From NCBI RefSeq assembly GCF_036588685.1, contig NC_086377.1, positions 29,264,001-29,328,000 on the forward strand: 64,000 nucleotides of DNA, in the 5' to 3' direction. Below, in pieces: positions 1 to 12,000 of the stretch. The notes beneath the pieces are model-generated. The model was given only the letters and a program-made list of their open reading frames with translations, ran no database searches and was not told where the DNA came from. Origin of the DNA: Mytilus trossulus. Lineage: Eukaryota. How positions within the stretch are numbered: the stretch's first letter is position 1; each line of letters starts with the position of its first letter. The position numbers and the translations under genes were made by a program.

Positions 1-1392
1 CTAAAAAGGGCAATAACTCCCTTGGGAATCAATTGACCATTTTGGTCATGTTGTCTTATTTGTAGATCTTACTTTGCTTAACATTTTTGCTGTTAACAGT
101 TTATCTCTGTCTATAATAATATTCAAGATAATAACCCAAAACAGCAAAATTTCCATAAAATTACCATTTCAGGGGCAGCAACCTAACAACAGGTTGTCCG
201 ATCCATCTGAAGATTTCAGGGCAGATAGATCTTGACCTGATAAACAATTAAACCCCTATGTCAGATTTGCTCTAAATGCTTTGGTTTTTGAGTTATAAGC
301 CAAAAACTGCATTTTATCCCTACATGTATGTTCTATTTTTAGCCGTGGCGGCCATCTTGGTTGATATGCCCGGTCACCGGACACAAATTTTAAACTAAAT
401 ACCCCAATGATGATTGTGGCCAAGTTTGGTTTAATTTGCCCTAGTAGTTTCAGAGAAGAAATTTTTTCTAAAAGATTACTAAGATTATCGAAAAATTGGT
501 CAAAATTGACTATAAAGGGCCGTGGTGTAGTGGTTAGTGCATCGGACTACTAGCACAAAGGTTCCTGGTTCGATTCCCGTTTGGGATGAAAATTTCAGGA
601 ACTCAATTTTCGGCTCTCCCTTGACACCATTTGCGAGTATAGTCTTGAGGAAACTATGATAGTCCGTCGGAAGGGGACGATAAATGGCTGACCCGTGTTA
701 AGAGAGAGCCATATCTCTTGCACGTAAAAGACACCCTTGTAGATTTCGAAAAAGAGTAGGCTAATGCCGCTACAAGGCAGCACTCGCACCCGCAAAGTGG
801 AAAGGGATTAATATAAGTTGCAAAACTTGTTTCCCAATCCACTATAAATAAATATGTTTAAACTAAAGGGCAATTACTCCCTAGGGGATGAATTGACTAT
901 TTTGGCCATGTTGACTTATTTGTAGATCTTACTATGCTGAACATTATTGCTGTTTACAGTTTGTCTCCATTTTTAATAATATTCAAGATAATAACCAAAA
1001 ATAGCAAAATTTCCTTAAAATTACCAATTCAGGGGCAGCAACCTAACAACAGGTTGTCTGATTCATCTGAAAATTTCAGGGCAGATAGATTTTGACCTGA
1101 TAAACACTTTAACCCCTTGTCAGATTTGCTCTAAATGCATTGGTTTTTGAGTCATAAGCCAAAAACTGCATTTTACCCCTATTTTTAGCCGTGGTGGCCA
1201 TCTTGGTTGGTATGCCGGGTCACCAGACACAATTTTTAAACTAGATACCTCAATGATGATTGTGGCTAAGTTTGTTTAAATTTGGCCAAGTAGTTTCAGA
1301 GGAGAAGATTTTTGTAATAGTTTACAGACGACGAACGACAGACGCCAAGTGATGAGAAAAGCTCACTTGGCCCTTTGGGCCAGGTGAGCTAA
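1..1392 (-). mobile_element. Non-autonomous Helentron/HINE (pearl-like) element, truncated by the window edge
   Basis: About 500-bp internal duplication (aagggcaataactcc at 6 and about 515/866); GACG-type microsatellite at about 1327-1346; terminal hairpin agctcacttggccc-ttt-gggccaggtgagct at about 1360-1390. A homologous inverted copy lies at 45181-46372. Confidence 0.7.
521..863 (+). mobile_element. tRNA-derived SINE with a Deu/Nin-like core, nested in the HINE
   Basis: Pol III A box (tggtgtagtgg) and B box (ggttcgattcc); core gtccgtcggaaggggacgataaa...gcacgtaaaagacaccc...aagagtagg; 8-bp target duplication taaagggc at 513-520 and 864-871; second copy at about 21764-22104. Confidence 0.8.
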
Positions 1393-2029
1393 AAAGGCAG
1401 GACCGAATAGAGAAGAAAAATAAAATGCAGAACAGAGAATACAAATAACAAAAAATACAGGACAACATTTTTCCTACTACACTTGGGCATGTCAATAAAT
1501 ATATTTGAAAAGAAGAATCACACTGGATACATCATAAATAAGAACTCAGACAAATGTCAAAACTTGAATACATGACATTAAGATGCTTTTGCTAAAAATT
1601 GTAGATAGTTTCAACTTTTTAAAATTATATAGTTTATGCAAATTGTAAATATTAAAGTAACATTATTCTTATTTTTTTTAATTCCATTCAGTATATCAAA
1701 TTGTGGACACATCGTAGTGCAAGAATTCATGGTTCATTTGTTTATATCAATGCTTACTATAAACCTTCTAATGAATTTAATTCAAACAGGGTTAAATCAT
1801 AGGTAAAATGTATGTATTCATACTAATATATTGCTTCATATTTAACGATGGTTGGTTTTCAAATTTTTATGAGGACATACAAAATGATCGAATTGTATGC
1901 ATTTTCGAAATTCATTTAATGTAAACCAGTTAATATATCCGGAGTTTTATTTTTTCGTCATTTTAACGAATAGTTTCAAAAAGTTCCTAGGCGAAAGTTT
2001 AACTTTTGATATAAATTGTAATACACTAC

Positions 2030-3091
2030 CTTTATCTCCTTGGGTGCCTTTGTTTCCTGTCATTCCTTTATCTCCTAACGTTCCCTTGTCTCCTTGTGTT
2101 CCTTTATCTCCTTGTATTCCTTTATCTCCTGCTGTCCCTGTGTCACCTTGTGTTCCTTTGTTTCCTGTCATTCCTTTATCACCTATTGTTCCTTTGTCTC
2201 CCTGTGTTCCCTTCATTCCTTTGACGCCTTTCATTCCTTGCATTCCTTTCATACCTTTATATCCCGTCTCTCCCTTCATTCCCTTTGCTCCTTTATCTCC
2301 TTGTGTTCCTTCTGTTCCAGCCACACCTTTGTCTCCTTGTGTTCCTTTTTCGCCAGTCATGCCTTTAACACCTTTCATACCCTGCATACCCTTCATTCCT
2401 TTATATCCTGTTTCACCTTTCATTCCCTTCGTTCCTGACTCTCCTGTTGCGCCTTTATCGCCCAAAGTACCCTTTTCTCCGGTCATTCCTTTGTCTCCTT
2501 GTGTTCCTTTGTCTCCTGATGTTCCTTTATTACCTGTCATTCCTTTGTCACCTTGTGTTCCCTTATCTCCCGTCGTTCCCTTATCGCCTTGGGTTCCTTT
2601 ATTACCTGTCATACCTTTATCTCCTTGTGTTCCTTTTTCTCCTTTCATGCCTTTGACACCTTTCATACCCTGCATACCTTTCATTCCTTTATATCCTGTT
2701 TCACCTTTCATTCCCTTCGTTCCTGTCTCTCCTGTTGCGCCTTTATCGCCCAAAGTACCCTTTTCTCCCGTCATTCCTTTGTCTCCCATTGTTCCTTTGT
2801 CACCATCAGTTCCTTTGTCTCCATCTGTTCCTTTTGATCCCTTCATTCCTTTGACACCTTTCATTCCCTGCATTCCTTTCATACCTTTATATCCCGTCTC
2901 TCCTTTCATTCCTTTAGCTCCTCTATCACCTATTGTTCCCTTTTCCCCAGTCATTCCTTTATCACCTTGAGTTCCCTTGTTTCCTGTCATTCCCTTATCG
3001 CCGGTTGTTCCCTTTTCTCCTATCATTCCTTTATCTCCCAATGTTCCCTTTTCTCCCTTATTTCCAGTCATTCCTTTATCTCCTTGCGTAC
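2030..3091 (-). CDS. Collagen exon 19 (1062 nt, 118 triplets)
   Basis: Acceptor TTTAG|GT ACG CAA; donor AAA G|GTAGTG; continuous Gly-X-Y with no Pro. Confidence 0.92.
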
Positions 3092-6000
3092 CTAAATAAG
3101 TAATGTATCATTAGCATTGCTCACTTGCCACAGGTACAAAAAACTGTGCTCCAACACAAAATTACTTCGAAATATTTAACAAATTCGTACAAACTCTCCT
3201 TCCACTAAGATATAAGAAATATATCTCAAACAATTTAAACTTTTAAGAATCAGTCAGATTTCACATAATATAAGGTAAACTACATATAATTCTCACCTTT
3301 GTCACCAGCTGTTCCTTTGTCACCATCTGTTCCTTTTGATCCCTTCATGCCTTTGACGCCTTTCATTCCCTGCATTCCTTTCATTCCTTTGTAGCCTGTC
3401 TCGCCTTTCATTCCTTTTTCTCCTCTGTCACCTTGTGTGCCTTTTTCTCCAGTCAATCCCTTATCTCCTTGCGTTCCTTTGTCTCCATCAGTTCCTTTAT
3501 CACCGTCTGTTCCTTTTGATCCTTTCATTCCTTTAACACCTTTCATTCCTTGCATTCCTTTCATACCTTTGTATCCCGTCTCTCCCTTCATTCCTTTAGC
3601 TCCTTGTTCCCCATTTGTTCCTTTATCTCCTACTGTTCCCTTGTCTCCTTGCGTTCCTTTATCTCCACCAGTTCCTTTGTCACCAACTGTTCCTTTTGAT
3701 CCCTTCATTCCTTTGACACCTTTCATTCCTTGCATTCCTTTCATACCTTTGTATCCCGTCTCTCCCTTCATTCCTTTAGCTCCTTTATCACCAATTGTTC
3801 CTTTTGGTCCTGTCATTCCTTTATCTCCTTGCGTTCCTTTATCTCCATCAGTTCCTTTGTCTCCGTGTGTTCCCTTTTCACCAGTCATGCCTTTGTCTCC
3901 TTGTGTTCCTTTCGTTCCTTTATCACCTAGTGTTCCTTTTTCACCGAATTCTCCTTTGTCCCCTTGTGTACCCTTATCTCCAAGTGTTCCCTTTTGTCCT
4001 TTAGCTCCTTTGTCTCCTTGTGTCCCTTTTTCCCCATTCATTCCCTTGACACCTTTCATTCCTTGCATTCCTTTCATTCCCTTATATCCTGTCTCTCCCT
4101 TCATTCCTTTTACTCCTTTATCGCCGTGTGTTCCTTTTTCTCCTGTCATTCCTTTGACGCCTTTCATTCCTTGCATTCCTTTCATTCCTTTATATCCGGT
4201 CTCTCCCTTCATTCCTTTTGCTCCTTGATCCCCTTCCGTTCCTTTATCTCCTACTGTTCCCTTTGATCCTGTCATACCCTTATCACCCTGTGTTCCCTTT
4301 TCTCCTGTCATTCCTTTGTCTCCTGATGTTCCTTTCATTCCTTTATCTCCTTGCGTTCCTACAATTGATAATGCATATATAAAAATATGTTGACTGAGAA
4401 ATGTATATAAGAACGGTTGTATTAAATCTTCAACTAGTCGAATAAACATTAAGCAGAATTTGAAGACTCCCTTTGTACGATTTATAAGAAATTCTGACCG
4501 AAGAAAGTAATTTAAATATTAGTATTATTCTTTTCGTTGTGAAATTCTTCATCAATTTTAGATACAAATAATACTTTAAATACATTTGTTTTACTTGAAA
4601 CTTGTACATTGTATTTAAGAAATGAATGCTTCTTTTTGAACCTGTATTGGGGTGTAAAAGCGTTGACCGAAGTACATTTTGTATGCAGCGCGGAAGCGCT
4701 AAATTCTAAAAATGTGCGCACGGTCAACGCTTTTTCAACCCTATGAAGTTACAAAAAGAAGCATGCAATTCTTATAATTACATTTGTTTAGCTAGGATCA
4801 TGAAAACACGATTTACATCAAGTTGTAATATATTTTACCTGTGCACTTTATTATGGGACCTCGTGTCTTCAGAAATGATAAGTTTTATTGTGTAATGCAA
4901 TGGCTTAATGAATAACACGTGATGTGCAGTTAGCCAATCAGAATAACGTTTTATAATGAAACAAACATCTAATGTAATTATTTAATGTTTAACTCTATTT
5001 CATCCCATCTATAGAATGTATTTGAAGATTTTGGAAAATATATAGATAAATATAAGCCTTCGTATTAACAATTATAAAACCCTATGTTCGTGTAAAAAAG
5101 ACAATTTTATTGACAATGTTGTCGTTATTCAATTAAGAATCTTGCAACTTATTCATGTAAAATTCCCTGACAACGAGCCTTGTCCAACATAGAGATATTA
5201 ATACATAATGAAGATTGTTTTACTTTTTTTCAATTTGATACTTATATTTTATATTCGAGCGTCACTGATCAGTCTTTTGTAGACGATACGCGCGTCTTGT
5301 GTATATATAATAATCATGGTATCTATAATGAGTTTATTTAGCTATTATCTTTCTCTTTTAAAAAAGACCCATTCATTATCATGACATTGAGTTATCTATT
5401 TATCAATCTTACCTTTATCGCCATCAGTTCCTTTGTCTCCATCTGTTCCTTTTGATCCCTTCATTCCTTTAACCCCTTTCATTCCCTGCATTCCTTTCAT
5501 TCCTTTATATCCTGTTTCTCCCTTCATTCCTTTGGTTCCCTTATCCCCTTGCGTTCCTTTTGACCCATCCATTCCTTTGACTCCTTTCATTCCCTGCATT
5601 CCTTTCATGCCTTTATATCCCGTCTCTCCTTTCATTCCTTTGGTTCCTTGATCTCCCTGTGTTCCCTTTTCACCAATCATACCTTTGTCACCTAGTGTTC
5701 CTTTTTCGCCTGTCATTCCTTTGTCTCCCTGTGTTCCTTTTTCACCTGTAGCTCCTTTATCTCCATAAGTTCCCTTATCTCCTTGTGTCCCTTTGTCACC
5801 ATCTGTGCCTTTCTCTCCTTTCATGCCTTTGACGCCTTTCATTCCCTGCATTCCTTTCATGCCTTTGTATCCCGTCTCTCCCTTCATTCCCTTTGCTCCT
5901 TGATCTCCTTGTGTTCCTTTTATGCCGGTCATTCCCTTATCTCCTTGTGTTCCCTTCAATCCAGTCATTCCTTTGTCTCCTTGTGTCCCTTTTTCACCCG

Positions 6001-9000
6001 TCATTCCTTTGTCGCCCTGCGTTCCTTTGCTTCCAGTCATTCCCTTGTCCCCCTTATCACCATCTGTTCCCTTATTTCCGGTCATTCCTTTGTCACCTTG
6101 TGTCCCTTTTTCGCCTTTCATGCCTTTTACCCCCTTCATTCCCTGCATTCCTTTCATTCCTTTGTAGCCTGTCTCGCCTTTCATTCCCTTTGTACCTTGA
6201 TCACCTAATGTTCCCTTTTCTCCTGCCATTCCTTTAACACCTTTCATTCCCTGCATACCTTTCATTCCTTTGTAACCTGTTTCGCCTTTCATTCCTTTCG
6301 TTCCCATGTCGCCTTGTGTTCCTTTTGGTCCTAGCATTCCTTTATCTCCCTGAGTGCCCTTGTTTCCTGTTATACCTTTGTCTCCTTGTGTGCCCTTGTC
6401 ACCAAGTGTTCCCTTTTCTCCTGTCATTCCCTTGTCCCCAGTTGTTCCTTTCATGCCTTTATCTCCATGTGTTCCTGAAATCATCAAACATGGCATTGTT
6501 CATCTAATATGACTGTTTATTGAAGAAAAAAAATCAACATTTAAAAAAATCAACATGAATAAAAATCAAAAGTTGAATGTGAAAAGAACAAAACTTTGTT
6601 TACAATTCCTTTTTTAGAAAATCTCTTGATAGCTAAAGAAATCTTTAACATCTTTTTCTATATAAATGAAGTAAAACCTTCCTTTACATATGTTCATTAT
6701 ATTTTACATAAATAAGGCCGTTAGTTTTCTCGTTTGAATTGTTTTACATTGTCTTATCGGGGCCTTTTATAGCCGACTATGCGGTATGGGCTTTGCTCAT
6801 TGTTGAAGGCCGTACGGTGACCTATAGTTGTAAATGTCTGTGTCATTTTAGTCTTTTGTGGACAGTTGTCTCATTGGCAATCATACCACATCTTTTTTTA
6901 TATATATATACAGCGGAAGAGTACATTTCTCAAATAAAGTGACTTATGTATTAAAATTCGCAAATGTAGTACGAGTATCCGATTTTCAGATTTATAGCAT
7001 TAACACATGTAATGTTTAAAAAAAATGTAACACAATCAGAAAATCCTAGACCGAATAAATTTATAAAACCAACGAATTTAATTACTTTAATCGTATAAAA
7101 AAGTATTGTTATTGAAAAGGTTTGAATTTAAGCTGACCAAAATCAATCGATTTTACTATCGGATCTGGCTTAACCTCAGAACATTAGGACACAAAGTCTA
7201 CAAGCATGGGACCAAAACCAGCGACTGCTTAACGTACAGTTGGGTGTGTATTACCCAATGATAACCAAAATACGGGATACAAAATGTTGTGTTGACCCAA
7301 CTACGGGATACAAAGTGTTGTGTTAACTAATATATGGAATAAAGTGTTCTGTTAACAAACACACAGGGTAAAAAGTTTTATGTAAACAAATATACGGGGT
7401 GAGGTTTTTTTTCCCGATCTACGGGGTAAAGGTGTTGTGTTAATTAATGTACGACCTAAAATGTGTTGTTTTAAACAATAAACTAGATAAAAAGTGTTTT
7501 TAACCAAGTTACGGAGTAAACCAATATATCAGTAAATAGTGTTATTTATTATATAGTAGACATACATGTATAAATGAATACATAAATATTTAATGGGATA
7601 GATGTGTTTAGATTTCTAGGCAAAGCTAGACACGAGTATATACAACACATATTTTATGTATTCCTTTTTCTCCTGTCATTCATTTGTCCCCAAATATTTC
7701 AAGAGCCTTCTATTCACAGTAACTTTACTTGTTAGCCAACTATTATGAAATTATCACCAGTAATAACTAATAAACTAACAGTGAGTCTATAATAAGGTTC
7801 AAATAAAATAAAATAGAATGTTTTTGAAAAAAGCGACGCATAATTTTTCACCTAACATAAATACAATTGAAATAATACCGTACCTTTTTCTCCAGTCATT
7901 CCTTTATCTCCTTCGGTTCCCTTCTCCCCTTTCCTTCCTTTGTCTCCTTGTGTTCCCACCATTCCTTTGTCACCTTGTGTTCCTTTTCTTCCGGTCATTC
8001 CCTTATCACCTTGTGTTCCTTTGTCTCCATCAGTTCCTTTATCGCCTTGTGTTCCTTTTTCTCCTTTCATTCCTTTGACTCCCTTCATTCCTTGCATTCC
8101 TTTCATACCTTTGTATCCCGTCTCTCCCTTCATTCCTTTTGCTCCTTGTTCGCCTTTATCTCCTGTCGTTCCTTTGTCACCGTCTGTTCCTTTGTTTCCT
8201 GTCATTCCCTTATCTCCTTGTGTTCCTTTGTTTCCTGTAACACCTTTGTCACCTAGAGTTCCCTTTTCTCCTTTGTCACCATCTGTTCCTTTGGATCCCT
8301 TCATTCCTTTAACACCTTTCATACCTTGCATTCCTTTCATACCCTTATATCCTTGTTCTCCCTTCATACCTTTAGTTCCTTTATCACCTTGTGTACCATC
8401 TTCTCCTGTTGCTCCTTTATCGCCAAATGTTCCTTTACTACCATCCTCTCCAGGTTGGCCCTTATCTCCGTCAGTACCTTTTTGTCCTTTCATACCTTTT
8501 ACACCTTTCATCCCTTGCATTCCTTTCATTCCTTTATAACCTGTCTCTCCCTTCATTCCTTTGACTCCTATATCGCCTTGTGTTCCTTTCATTCCTGTCA
8601 TTCCTTTGTCTCCCACAGTTCCTTTATCGCCATCAGTTCCTTTGTCACCTTGTGTTCCTTTTGATCCTGTCATTCCTTTAACACCTTTCATTCCTTGCAT
8701 TCCTTTCATTCCTTTGTAGCCTGTCTCTCCTTTCATTCCTTTGGCTCCTTTATCGCCTTGTGTTCCTTCTGCTCCTTGTATCCCTTTATCCCCTTGAGTT
8801 CCTTTTACTCCGGTCATTCCTTTGTCTCCTTGTGTTCCTTTATTTCCTGTCATTCCTTTATCACCTAGTGTACCTTTCTCTCCTGTCATTCCCTTATCAC
8901 CATCAGTTCCTTTCATCCCCTTGACTCCTTTATCTCCCTGTGTTCCTAGCAATGATAAGAAATTAATATGTAATAATGACTAGATTAACTACATTCACAA

Positions 9001-12000
9001 TGCACGGCGGCATATAGATGGTTTTTTTCAGTGTCCTGCCTATTGTATTTAACCTGTTCTTGTCCTAAACATACATGACATATTGGCCACTGGACGATAA
9101 GCAACCAACAATCAATGGCTAGGATGACAAATTTTGACTTGTATTTTTTCAGTTGTAATCTATGCCCTGCCTTTTTATATTAGTTTATCCTGACTTTTTT
9201 TACATTAATTGTTATTCTGCCTTTGTTTTGTAAAGTTGCTCATCCTGTCATTTTTTTTCAATTTTTATCCATCAAAATAAAATGAAACTCCCTTAGGGCA
9301 CGACCACCACTTTGGTGTCTTCTTATGCTGCAACACCAAAGCGGAAATAACCGAAAAACACTGTTTTACAGGACCATACAAATTAAGCTACGTTTCTGTC
9401 TTCAAATCCTTAAGAGTTGTTTATGAGAGTAATATTATTCGTATCGTCGTATCTGAATGAATTTCAAAAGAATAAAAATAAACAAGCATTTGTAATTGCA
9501 AAGCTAGATTTTTGAACTCCTTAAAGAAGATATAAAACCATGTTGTTTCTTCGACAGATATGGATATTGTTGAATGAAAAATGGAAAGAATGTGTATGAT
9601 CTATTAATGCATGACACACAACCTCTACGTGAACATAGTGAATCCTATCAATACGAAAAGATTCCTTTTGTTCTTACTCTAAGTCACAGTATGGCATTTG
9701 AGATGGTTTAAGGCTAACATCTGCATTCAAGATGTCAACCATCGGTTAAAACGTATTTTTTTAAACCTTAGACAACTCGACTTTTTTTAACTGAGTATTG
9801 TGGTAATGTTAACATATAAAGGGAACAAAAAACATAGAAATCTGAAAAGAACAGGCATAGTTTGTCTGGCAATCTTATTGTATAATACACATAATAAAAT
9901 TGATTCTTTTAAATATGTACCTGTTCCTCCTTTATCTCCTTGTGTTCCTGGCATTCCTTTGTCTCCTTGTGTTCCTTTGTCTCCTGTAGTTCCTTTTGTG
10001 CCAGTCATACCCTTGTCTCCTAGTGTACCTTTATCTCCCTTCATGCCTTTAACTCCTTTCATTCCTTGCATTCCCTTCATTCCTTTGTATCCTGTCTCGC
10101 CTTTCATTCCCTTGACACCCTTGTCACCCTGTGTTCCTGGCATTCCTTTGTCTCCTTGTGTACCTCCAGATCCTTTCTCTCCCTTATTACCGGTCATTCC
10201 TTTATCTCCTTGTGTTCCTTTATTTCCGGTCATTCCTTTGTCTCCCAGAGTTCCCTTTTCTCCCTTCATTCCTTTGACTCCTTTCATACCCTGCATTCCT
10301 TTCATGCCTTTATATCCCGTCTCTCCCTTCATTCCTTTAGGTCCTTCAGCACCTTGTGGTCCTTCCTGTCCCTTATCTCCTTGTGTTCCTTTTTCTCCTG
10401 TCATTCCCTTATCTCCTAATGTTCCTTTGTCCCCAGTATTTCCTTTGTCTCCTACAGTTCCTTTGTCTCCATCAGTTCCCTTGTCACCATATGTTCCTTT
10501 TGATCCCTTCATTCCTTTGACTCCTTTCATGCCCTGCATTCCTTTCATACCTTTATATCCCGTTTCTCCCTTCATTCCTTTAGTTCCTTTATCTCCTTGT
10601 GTCCCTTTTGTGCCGGTCATTCCTTTGTCTCCTTGCGTTCCTGTGTTAATTAAATGTAAGTTTTTCTTTTAAATCTCTTTTTTTTAAAGAAGAATTTTTA
10701 ATATGAAAACATATGTATAACTAGATGCAAGAAGCTTGTATTTGACAGTTCAATGCTGATGGCAAAACATTATGAAATAATGCTGTTTGTTAGTTTTGGG
10801 GAAAACTGTAACGACTATGCTTATTAAAAGATCGCACAATTCACAAAAGATAAGAAAGCTTGCAAAACAAATATTAAAACTAATGGTCGGCTTCAAAAAA
10901 GAGAGTAATCAATGAAGAACAAGCCACATCTCCTAACTAAGCGCTTCAATGTATATTCATGCTTAATTGTTACAAAGTATTGATAGCTTATTCATCTCTC
11001 ATGTGAAATAAGTGAAAAAAATCCATCGTGGGTAAATATAGTAGACACTTTTGTCAAGAAGGCCAAAATCATGTTACATGCGCTAATTTACCAGGGCAAG
11101 TAGTTTATGATTTTAACAGTATTAATCTTTTACAATTTACTTACCTTTGCCTCCTCCATCGCCAGGTGCACCTTTATCACCTAGTGTACCCTTTGCTCCA
11201 TTCATCCCTTTGTCACCTAGTGTGCCTTTGTCTCCTTGTGTTCCTTTATCTCCCAGTGTTCCTTTATCGCCATCCGTTCCCTTGTCACCATCTGTTCCTT
11301 TTGACCCCTTCATTCCTTTGACGCCTTTCATTCCCTGCATTCCTTTCATTCCTTTGTATCCTGTTTCTCCCTTCATTCCTTTGGTTCCTATATCGCCTTG
11401 AGTTCCTTTGTCGCCTATTGTGCCCTTATCACCATCTGTTCCTTTGTCCCCTTGTGTTCCCTTAGATCCAGTTTCACCCTTGACCCCTGCAATCGGTAGA
11501 GTGAAGTTGTTACACTGATTTTAAATATGAAAATATACCTTGCGTTAGGACCAATAAATAGTCAGAATAAAAGGTTCAATGAAGTTTTCGTATGAGACAA
11601 ATGGATGAAAACATCCTATATCATATAAAAAAAAATGTCAGTGAATAATATAAGAAAAAGTGAGAAAAAGATATAAGTTTACGAAAAACATCATTCATCA
11701 AATTAAAGAAACGGTTACTTTTAAATGTGTCATCGCCTAATAAATGGTTCTCTTAATTTACATGGTTAAAATTAAGTTCAAATCAATTCCGAAAATATCT
11801 TTACGGGTGTTCCTTTGTTGGTTTTCGTGTTCATTCCGTGTGCGAACATGTTCCTTCTAGTATTTTTTCCTGGTGCTATCTTAATATTTCATATAGTTTT
11901 GTTCATTACAACTGACAAGGAAAAAGTAGAAAATTGCAAACGAGGTGGATTATATTAAACTCGATTTTTTTTTGCTTTCTTAAATCTATAATGTTAAAGA

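Noticed and set aside
518-590. tRNA gene
   Set aside because: The A and B boxes continue into a SINE body with a TSD and a second copy, so this is a SINE head.
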